A DNA stretch of 59,963 nucleotides, counting the filler, from Isurus oxyrinchus (lineage: Eukaryota): NCBI GenBank assembly GCA_026770705.1. It is 2 parts of 2 records of this genome, joined end to end, with 100 filler letters (N's around TTAATTAATTAA, not from the genome) between each part and the next. Parts side by side here need not be neighbours in the genome. Positions count along the whole stretch, not along the records: positions 29,670 to 59,963 come from JANJGN010001343.1; 1 more part is not named here. The stretch is one strand, 5' to 3'. This document shows, in pieces, positions 50,151 to 59,963 of the stretch. The notes under the pieces are model-generated. The model saw only the letters and a program-made list of their open reading frames with translations. It was not told the origin of the DNA and did no database searches. Position 1 is the stretch's first letter, and each line of letters opens with the position of its first letter. Made by a program: the position numbers and the translations under genes.

Positions 50151-50285
50151 GTACAGGAGCTGTTTACACTCACTCCAAAGCTTCAATCTCAGTGTGTAGA
50201 CAACATATGTCCCAGATTCCCAGCCCAGTTACCCACTGATTTGTACCTGTGGAGTCAGCAATGGTTCAGTATCATGCTGTCTCTC

Positions 50286-51218
50286 TGTTATGACACAGCA
50301 ACTGGTAAAGGCTGTTGCTTAAAATCCCAGAGGGAAACTTTAAACAGCTGTCGTAACCTATATTTCGCAGTGGAATGTTTGAGATGCATCTCTAAATTCA
50401 GGAATAAGACCACCAGTTCTCAAGATGATTTTATATCAATCTAAATGAGACATTTATTAATTTTCACAAGTTAAACATATGCACATGGCTACAAACTAGT
50501 ATTATCATAACTTTATAACAAATTCTCAAACTAATCTCCTCCAAGACAACCCATAGACTTTAAGCAGACACCAGGCAAAGCATTTTCACCTCACAAATTC
50601 CAAATGAGGTTCCTTTCACTTTGGTTCCTTTGCAGACAGGTGTAGGCTTACAGCTGCTTTGATGTTACAAGCCTCTGCTCTGCACACACAAAACTGCTCA
50701 AGTTATACCCAGCTCTTGAGTGTGAAGAAGATGGAGATTGATGGGCTCTTGATTGGTCAGGGGATCAATGGTTAGGAGAGAAGGTGGGAGAATGGGGTTT
50801 GTGAAACATATCAGCCATGTATGAATGGTGGAGCAGACTCGATGGACCGAATGGTCTAATTTCTCCTCCTATGTCTTATGGTCTTATGGCTTCTGTTTGA
50901 AGGTAAATTCGCAATGTATCATCAGGACCTTTGAACTCCATCTCTTCCAATAATAAATCCTCTTTCATCGTATCAATTTTATTAGTAATATAAACGTTGA
51001 TTGGTTTAACATTTCACTCTCAGACTTTGAATGTTTTATTTAAAAATGCAAATTACCACTTTACCTCTTTGTTTACATCTCAAAACTACTATACATCAAA
51101 GCACACAGACTGGCTGGCTTTAATCCAATTAAAATACACACAGACACACACACAGACTAAACCTCTGTTTAAATAGACAGTTTGCAATTGCAATACAAAC
51201 ATTAATAGATTAATAACA
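50286..51218. mobile_element. Solo LTR-like element with nested CR1 tail (about 50715-50890)
   Basis: TGTTAT...ATAACA inverted termini, flanked by CTCTC and CTCTG (imperfect TSD). Confidence 0.65.
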
Positions 51219-51646
51219 CTCTGTCTCTATCCCTCCTCTATCCCTCTCTCTCATCCTCTCTCTGATTACAAGGTTCATGTTATTGAGCCTCACACCAGGC
51301 ACCTGAGCGCAGAATCCAAGCCGTCACTCACCAGAGCCATTACCGAGGGAGTGCGGGACTGACAGCGGGTCAGTACTGAAGGAGTGCTGCACTGTTGGAG
51401 GGTCAGTACTGAGGGAGTGCTGCACTGACAGAGGGTCAGTACTGAGGGAGCGCTGTATTGTCGGAGGGTCAGCACTGAGGGAGTGCTGCACTGTTGGAAG
51501 CTCAGTACTGAGGGAGTGCTGCACTGCCATAGGTGGTGTCTTTTTTCCGATAGGAGAGAGAGAATTAAACAAGTCTGCACAATAATTTAACCCTATCAGT
51601 ACCAGTAAATGATGTGAGGATGTTTTCTGTTTCTATTTCTCTGTAG

Positions 51647-51895
51647 GGTAAACAGAACGTGCTGATTACTGAGGCCCGGAACACAACCAGAGACACAACT
51701 AGCGAGGGGGAGACCCCAGCTCCCCGGGGTCTCTCTGAAGGTGCAGTGGGAGGCGATGTTGGACATGGGAACCCCGACAAACCAGACGAGCTTTTCTACG
51801 CCAACATCAACTTTTCAAAGCTGCCCGGCGGTGACAGGACTGTGCACAGGAGCGAGGAAACGGAATACGCACAGATCAGGTTCCAGAAAAACTGA
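51647..51895 (+). CDS. Cytoplasmic tail B, terminal exon (ITIM LFYANI plus ITSM-like TEYAQI)
   Basis: CTGTAG acceptor, phase 0. Shows the two-tyrosine arrangement of CD33-related Siglecs. Confidence 0.85.
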   Translation, partial: GKQNVLITEARNTTRDTTSEGETPAPRGLSEGAVGGDVGHGNPDKPDELFYANINFSKLPGGDRTVHRSEETEYAQIRFQKN

Positions 51896-52087
51896 GTGTG
51901 AAACAGGGAGCGGGGCTGTGGGGTGTGTGCAGCCAACATGGTCAAATAGTAATGAACAGAAATATGATGTTGCTCAACTTTTTTTATTGTTTCTGAGTGA
52001 GCTTTCTGAATGCTGCACCTTTTTCCATGCTGTAAAAGATTGTGAGAAGCTTATGAATTATGTATAATGTTACATCTGTTAATACAA

Positions 52088-54180
52088 GGTGAGGTGAGAG
52101 TGACTGCCTTTGACATCAAGGCTGCATTTGACCGAGTGTGGCATCTAGGAGCCCGAGCAAAACTGGAATCAATGGGAATCAGGGGTGGTACGAAAGTATA
52201 ATAATTTGCTTAATATTTTCCTGGTTTGTTGTAAACTAGGTTTATGGGTGTGAGTGTAGATGGGTCTGTCTGTGTGGCTTAATTACACCTGGAGTCAGGT
52301 AGACTGCAAGTTTGAGATTATCAAAAGAAGCTAGACGTAGAAATGTACTTGAAATGCTAATGAGAACACATGGAGGCTGCCTTAGCATGTAAGGTGTGAG
52401 GGGAATTTGCATTTTTAGATAAGTGACGGGATTGTTTGGATTTCAAAGGGCTGTTGGTCTGTTTACAACGAGGCCGATATGCAAGGCAAAGGAGTGTGTT
52501 TATTTTTCCCCAAAGGTTATTGACAACATTGGCAACATGAAAGATTTTATATTATAGGAAATGTATAATTCCAAAGACATATGGAACAATGAAATTTACA
52601 TATCAAAGAGAGAGGAACATAAACAAAGGAGAATGAAAGGCTATTTTGGGGACCATGTAAAATCTAACAAGAGTGTGTGAATCAGCCTTGAAGAAGCCTC
52701 CAGGCATTTGTCCATAGGTCTGTTATGTTCAGTGACTATAGATTGAGAAAGCCATTTGGAATTCCACTCTCAAGTGTGTACTGTGTTAACTTGCTGGTTC
52801 TGTTTTTAAATCTAAAATCTATTTTGGACTGTTGCCTTAAATGGGGTTGTACTACTCATCTCTGGGCTCCCCAATGCCTGTCCACCATCTTTAAGGTTAA
52901 TTAGGAAGTTTAGGATTTGTTATAGTAGTAACCGTATCCTTATGTGTGTGCTTGAAATCTTGTATTTTGTTAATAAATATTGAAATTTAATTTTTAAGAT
53001 CTCTAAATGTCTTGGTTGAAACATTACTCCTGAATTCAGTGCACACATCTCATAATAAATACAAATTGCAAAACCGTTGTGAGAGTGTGACCAAGTTTCC
53101 CTTGTGGATTTGGTCCCCCCTGGCACACATCATCTACCACATCATAACAAAGGGAAAACTCTCCACTGGTTGGAGCCATACCCAGCACAAAGGAAGATAG
53201 TTGTGGTTGTTGGAGGTCAATCATCTCAGTTCCAGGACATCACTGCAGGAGTTACTCAGGGTAGTGTCCTCGGCCCAACCATCTTCAGCTGCTTCATCAA
53301 TGACCTTCCTTCCATCATAAGGACAGAAGTGTGGATGTTCACTGATGATTGCACAATGTTCAGCACCATTCACGGCTCCTCAGATACTGAAGCAGTCCTT
53401 GTCCAAATGCAGCAAGACCTGAACCATATTCAGGCTTGCGCTGACAAGTGTCAGGCAATGACCATCTCCAATAAGAGAGAATCTAACCATCGCCCTTTGA
53501 TGTTCAATGGCATTACCATTGCTGAATCCCCCACTATCAACATCCTGGGGATTACCATTGACCTGAAACTGAACTGGACTAGCCATATAAACACTGTGGC
53601 TACAAGAGCAGGTCAGAGGCTGGGAATCATGCAGTGAGTAACTCACTCCAGACTCCCCAAAGCCTGTCCACCACCTTCAAGGCACAGGTCAGGAGTGTGA
53701 TGGAAGACTCTCCACTTGCCTGGATGAGTGCAGCTCCAACAAGATTCAGTAAACTCAACACCACTCAGGACAAAGCAGCCCCGCTAGATCCACTCTCTGC
53801 ACAACCGACACACAGTAGCAGCAGTGTGTACCATCTACACGGTGCACTGCAGGAACTCACCAAGACTCCTTAGGCAGCACCTTCAAACACACAACCACTA
53901 CCATCTCGAATTACAGGGCAGCAGATACATGGTAACAGCACCACCTGGAAGTTACCCTCAAAGTCACTCACCCCCATCCTGACTTGGAAATATACGGCCG
54001 TTCCTGCACTGTCACTGGGTCCAAATCCTGCAATTCCCTCCCTAACAGCACTGCGGGTGTACCTACCCCACATGGACTGCAACAGTTCAAGACAGCAGCT
54101 CACTACCACATTCTCAAGAGCAATTAGGGATGGGCAATAATTCTGGCCTAGACAGCGCCACCCACATCCCATAAATGAAT
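52088..54180 (+). mobile_element. CR1-group LINE RT and 3' end, interrupted by a solo LTR
   Basis: GVTQGSVLGPTIFSCFINDL..MFTDDC in ORF 53104-53637. The 5' piece is 52088-52185. Confidence 0.88.
52186..53149 (+). mobile_element. Solo LTR nested in the LINE
   Basis: TG...CA termini flanked by AGGGG and AAGGG. The LINE reading (MGIRG/KTLHWLE) resumes across it. Confidence 0.72.
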
Positions 54181-55239
54181 ATAAGAAACAAGCAATTAAA
54201 ATGCTCAGACATTTGTGTACATTGTTTTTCAAATGTGAATACCATTATCTGGTGAATAATTCCATTCTCAAGGCACCATTTCCTGTTATCACGTGCCCTT
54301 TTCATTATTTACAATCATATACCTTCGTTTGTAATGTAACATTCCCATGTAAACATGTCACACTGTAGTTACACCCTCCTGCCAGTGGCGGTGCTCTAGT
54401 GTCATAGTTTTACCTCTCAGAAGATGGAGGAAATATATCCACTGTGTTTACAATATTAGAAACACTCAGGGGTGACCAGGGGATTCTTTAGGTCATGTTT
54501 ACGATGTTGTTAAGATACAAGGGGCCAGTGGGATTTTTCCTACTGCGTTTCCAATGTTGTTAAGACAGGATTCGGGTGAAAGATGTCCTTCAACCCATCA
54601 TCCCTCTCATGCCGCGAGGGAACAATAGCCTTAAGTCAGGGCCTGGCAGTTCGTGGGAACAGTCCCTGTGCCCGATTGGATAGGCTCAAAGTGAACCCAA
54701 TGTTGGGTCTTGAGCCTCAAGATCCTGGAACAGGCACAGAGTGGACACCTCGGATGGATGTCAAAAACCCCATGGACACTTTTTGGGTGAAGTGTAGGGG
54801 GTGGGTATGGAGTCGGGTGGGGCAGTTATCCCCAGGGTCCTGGGACCAATATTTATCCCTAAACCAACATCATTAAAAAAAAACAGATGTTCTGGGTCTG
54901 TATCTCACTGCTGTTTGTGGGATCCTGCTGTGCAGAAATTGTCTGCCATGTTTCCTACTGTTCCACAGCATCCACTGTTCAAAAACATTTCTCAGGGAAT
55001 GAAGGACTATCTTTGAAGTGCGGATCCCCGTTGTAACGTAGGAAACACCACAGTCAATTTGCGCACAGCAAGCTCCCACAAACAGCAATGTGAGAATGAG
55101 CCAGACCATCTGTTTTTAGGGTGTTAGTTGGGGGTAAATATTGGCCCCAGTATTCTAAGGCACTCGATACAGGGTTGAATTTAAGAAGTTTTTGAAGTGT
55201 CCGGCACAGTTTTCTAAAGCCCCTCTCAGACCCCACCTG

Positions 55240-55665
55240 TAGTCACTGGGGTCAGTCCTGGACCCCGCACCTCAGGGAGGGGATATTGTCCTCGGAGGGG
55301 CTGCAGCCCAGAGTCACCAGAACGATCCCGGGGCTGAAAGGGTTAAATCCCGAGGACAGGTTGCACAGACCAGGCTTGTGTTCCCTCGAGTCTCGAAGAT
55401 TAAGGGGTGATCTAATCGAGGGGTTTAAGATGATTAAAGGATTCGATGGGGTCGATAGAGAGAAACTATTTCCCCTGGTGGTGGGGGTGAGGTGAGGGGG
55501 TGGGGGTGGGGGGTGGGGGTGGGGGTGAGGTGAGGGGGGTGAGGGTGGGGGTGGGGGGTAGGGGGTGGGGGTGTAGGGGTGGGGGGGTCCAGAACAAGGG
55601 GGCAGAACATTAAAATTGGAGCCAGGCCGTTCAGGGGGTGTCAGGAAGCACTTCTTCACACAAAG
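55240..55665 (+). mobile_element. CR1 LINE 3' fragment
   Basis: SLESRRLRGDLIEGFKMIKGFDGVDREKLFPLV. Confidence 0.8.
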
Positions 55666-58600
55666 GGGGATGAGGAAAGGGATGAGGAGGGGGATGAGGA
55701 GGGGGATGAGGAGGGAGATGAGGAGGGGATGAGGAGGGGGATGAGGAGGGAGATGAGGAGGGGGATGAGGAGGGAGAGGAGGGGGAGGATGAGGATGGGA
55801 TGAGGAGAGGGATGAGGAGGGTGATGAGGCGGAGGATGAGGAGGGGATGAGGAGGGGGATGAGGAGGGAGATGAGGAGGGGGATGTGGAGGGAGAGGAGG
55901 GGGAGGATGAGGATGGGATGAGGAGAGGGATGAGGAGGGTGATGAGGCGGAGGATGAGGAGGGGATGAGGAGGGGGATGAGGAGGGAGATGAGGAGGAGG
56001 ATGAGGAGTGGGATAGGGAGGGGGATGAAGAGGGGATGAGAAGGGGATGAGGAGGGGGATGAGGAGGGAGTTGAGGGGATGAGGAGGGAGATGAGGAGGA
56101 GGATGAGGAGGGGATGAGGAGGGGGATGAGGAAGGAGATGAGGAGGGGATGAGGAGGGGATGAGGAGGGGGATGAGGAGGGAGATGAGGAGGAGGATGAG
56201 GGGGGATGAGGAGGGGGATGAGGAGGGGATGATGAGGGGATGAGGAGGGGATGAGGAGGGAGATGAGGAGGGAGAGGAGGAGGGGATGAGGAGGGGGATG
56301 AAGAGGGGGATGAGGAAGGAGATGAGGAGGAGGATGAGGAGGGGATGAGGAGGGGGGATGAGGAGGGAGATGAGGAGGAGGATGAGGAGGGGATAAGGAG
56401 GGGGATGAGGAGGGGATGTGGAGGGAGATGAGGAGGGGGATGCGGAGTGGGATAGGGAGGGGGATGAGGAGGGGATGAGAAGGGGATGAGGAGGGGGATG
56501 AGGAGGGAGTTGAGGGGATGAGGAGGGAGATGAGGAGGAGGATGAGGAGGGGATGAGGAGGGGGATGAGGAGCGAGTTGAGGACGGATGAGGAGGGCGAT
56601 GAGGGGGGGATGAGGAGGGGGATGAGGAGGGAGGTGAGGAGGGAGATGAGGAGGGGATGAGGAGGGGGATGAGGAGGGAGATGAGGAGGAGGATGAGGGG
56701 GGATGAGGAGGGGGATGAGGAGGGAGATAAGGAGGAGGATGAGGAGAGGATGAGGAGGGGGATGAAGAGGGGATGATGAGGGGAAGAGGAGGGCGATGAG
56801 GAGGGGGATGAAGAGGTGATGAGGAGGGAGATGAGGAGGGGGATGAGGAGGGGATGAGAAGTGGATGAGGAGGGGGATGAGGAGGGTGATGAAGAGGTGA
56901 TGAGGAGGGAGATGAGGAGGAGGATGAGGAGGGGATGAGGTGGGGATGAGGAGGGGATGAGGATGAGGAGGGGGGATGAGGAGGGGGATGAGGAGGGGGT
57001 TTAGGAGGGGATGAGGAGGGGGGTCAGGAGGATGATGAGGAGGGAGATGAGGAGGGAATGAGGAGGGGATGAGGTGGGGGATGAGGAGGGAGATGAGGAG
57101 ACGGATGAGGAGCGGGGTGAGGAGGACGATGAAGAGGGGGATGAGGAGGGGATAAGGAGGGAGATGAGGAGGAAATGAGCAGGGGGATGAAGAGGGGGAT
57201 GAGGAGGGAGATAGGGAGGGAGATGAGTACGGGGATGAGGAGGGGGATGAGGAGGGGAGGAGGAGGGTGAGAGGATGAGGAAGGGGATGAGGAGGGGGAT
57301 GAGGAGGGGGAGGGGATGAGGAAGGGGATGAGGAGGGGGATGAGGAGGGGGATGAGGAGGGGGATGAGGAGGGTGATGAGGAGGAGGATGAGGAGGGGAT
57401 GAGGAGGGGGATGAGGAGGAGGATGAGGAGGGGATGAGGAGGGGATGAGGAGGGGGATGAGGAGGGAGATGAGGAGGAGGATGAGGGGGGATGAGGAGGG
57501 GGATGAGGAGGGGATGATGAGGGGATGAGGAGGGGATGAGGAGGGAGATGAGGAGGGAGAGGAGGAGGAATGAGGAGGGGGATGAAGAGGGGATGAGGAA
57601 GAAGATGAGGAGGAGATGAGGAGGGGATGAGGAGGGGGATGAGGAGGGAGATGAGGAGGAGAATGAGGAGGGGATAAGGAGGGGGATGAGGAGGGGATGT
57701 GGAGGGAGATGAGGAGGGGGATGAGGAGTGGGATAGGGAGGGGGATGAGGAGGGGATGAGAAGGGGATGAGGAGGGGGATGAGGAGGGAGTTGAGGGTAT
57801 GAGGAGGGAGATGAGGAGGAGGATGAGGGGATGAGGAGGGGGATGAGGAGCGAGTTGAGGACGGGATGAGGAGGGCGATGAGGAGGGGATGAGGAGGGGA
57901 TGAGCATGAGGAGGGGGATGAGGAGGGGGATGAGGAGGGGGAAGAGGAGGAGGAAGAGGAGGGAGATGAGGAGGTAGATGGGTGGGATGAGGAGGAGGAT
58001 GAGGAGGGGAATGAGGAGGGGGATGAGGAGGGGGAAGAGGAGGGAGATGAGGAGGTAGATGAGGAGGGGGAAGCGGAGGGGATGATGAGGGGATGAAGAG
58101 GAGGATGAGGAGGGGAATGAGGAGGGGGATGAGGAGCGAGATGAGGAGGGGACGAGGAGGGGGAGGGGGAGGTGGAGGGGGATGAGGAGGGGAATGAGGA
58201 GGGGGATGAGGAGGGGATGAGGAGGGAGATGAGGAGGAGGGGATGAGGAGGGAGATGAGGAGGAGGATGAGGAGGGGATGAGGAGGAGATGAGGAGGAGG
58301 ATGAGGAGGGGATGAGGAGGGGGATGAGGAGGGAGATGGGGTGGAGGATGAGGAGGGAATGAGGAGGGAGATGAGGAGGAGGATGAGGAGGTGGATGAGG
58401 AGGGGAATGAGGAGGGGATGATGAGGGGATGAGGAGGGGGATGAGGAGGGAGATGAGGAGGAGGATGAGGAGGGAGATGAGGAGGAGGATGAGGAGGGAG
58501 ATGAGGAGGAGGATGAGGAGAGGATGAGGAGGGGGATGAGGAGAGGATGAGCAGGGCATGAGGAGGAGATGAGGAGGGGATGAGGAGGGGGATGAGGAGG

Positions 58601-59963
58601 GGATGATGAGGGGATGAGGAGGGGATGAGGAGGGAGATGAGGAGGGGATGAGGAGGGGATGAGGAGGGGATGAGGAGGGGGATGAGGAGGGAGATGAGGA
58701 GGGGATGAGGAGGGGATGAGGAGGGGGATGAGGAGGGAGATGAGGAGGAGGATGAGAAGGGGATAAGGAGGGGGATGAGGAGGGGATGAGGAGGGAGATG
58801 AGGAGGGGGATGAGGAGAGGGATAGGGAGGGGGATGAGGAGGGGATGAGGAGGGAGATGAGGAGGAGGATGAGGAGGGAGATGAAGAGAAGAATGAGGAG
58901 GGCATGAGGAGGGGGATGAGGAGGAAGATGAGGAAGAGGATGAGGAGGGGATGAGGAGGGGGATGAGGAGGGAGATGAGGAGGAGGATGAGAAGTGGATG
59001 AGGAGGGGGATGAAAAGGGGATGACGAGGGGAAGAGGAGGGGGATGAGGAGGGAGATGAGGAGGGGATGAGCATGAGGAGGGGGGATGAGGAGGGGGATG
59101 AGGAGGGGGAAGAGGAGGAGGAAGAGGAAGGAGATGAGGAGGTAGATGAGTGGGGATGAGGAGGAGAATGAGGAGGGGAATGAGGAGGGGGATGAGGAGG
59201 GGGAAGAGGAGAGAGATGAGAGGGGGAAGCGGAGGGGATGATGAGGGGATGAAGAGGAGGATGAGGAGGGGAATGAGGAGGGGGATGAGGAGCGAGATGA
59301 GGAGGGGGACGAGGAGGGGGGGAGGTGAAGGGGGATGAGGAGGGGAATGAGGAAGGGAGAGAGGGTGAGGAGGGAGATGAGAGGAGGATGAGGAGGAGAT
59401 GAGGAGGGGATGAGGGAGGGAGATGAGGAGGAGGATGAGGAGGGAAGAGGAGGGGATGAGGAGGGAGATGAGGAGGAGGATGAGGAGGGGATGAGGAGGG
59501 AGATGAGGAGGAGGATGAGGAGGGGATGAGGATGAGGGAGATGAGGATGAGAAGGGGATGAGGAGGGGGATGAGGAGGATGATGAGGAGGATGAGGAGAG
59601 GATGAGGAGGGGATGAGGAGGAGGGATGAGGAAGGATATGAGGAGGGATGAGGAGGGATGAGGATGGGGATGAGGAGGATGAGGAGGTGATGAGGAGGGG
59701 ATGAGGAGGAGGGGGATGAGGAGAGGGAGATGGGAGGGGATGAGGAGGGAGGATGAGGAGGGGATGAGGAGGGAGAGAGGAGGGGATGAGGAGAGGGATG
59801 GGAGGAGGGATGAGGAGGGGATGAGGAGAGGGGATGAGGGGAGGGAGGGATGAGGAGGGGATGAGGAGGGAGATGAGGAGGAGAGGGATGAGGAGGGGAT
59901 GAGGAGGGGGATGAGGAGGGGATGAGGAGGAGATGAGAGGGTAGATGAGGAGGGGGAGGGGAG
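55666..59963. repeat. Purine-rich simple satellite, approximately (GATGAGGAGGGG)n
   Basis: Direct inspection. It runs to the window end and the long minus-strand ORFs are artefacts. Confidence 0.96.

Noticed and set aside
23668-51895. Rearranging V segments linked to the Siglec as one novel receptor locus
   Set aside because: An artificial linker separates them, and the Siglec V-set exons end in splice donors, not RSSs.
32394-51895. Assigning the symbol MAG, CD22 or CD33
   Set aside because: The ectodomain plan is MAG-like but the tail is CD33-related-like. Orthology needs a phylogeny.
55631-59074. 1147-aa and other long Pro/Ser/Leu-rich ORFs
   Set aside because: The pyrimidine strand of a simple repeat lacks stops by composition.

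Overview
Vertebrate genomic DNA, inferred to be a cartilaginous fish from its repeat families and gene content. The ORF track uses TTG/GTG starts and ignores introns, so exons were rebuilt from splice signals. A synthetic 100-bp spacer (N44-TTAATTAATTAA-N44, 29570-29669) joins two probably unlinked scaffolds. Left half: decayed CR1/RTE/Penelope retroelements, an intact two-exon GPR139-like GPCR, three large minisatellites (32, 22 and 44 bp units) and two TCR-beta-type V segments. One V is apparently intact (49-nt leader exon, 4.4-kb intron mostly filled by the 22-bp satellite, 23-RSS with a perfect nonamer); the other is a probable pseudogene. Right half: a MAG/Siglec-type receptor gene lacking only its leader exon, in which three modules are separately duplicated. 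It has two V-set sialic-acid-binding exons that differ mainly in the C-C' region, two near-identical C2 exons plus a relic third, and two alternative two-exon cytoplasmic tails, only one of which keeps the proximal ITIM. This candidate combinatorially spliced Siglec is the most notable object. The window ends in about 4.3 kb of purine-rich simple satellite.
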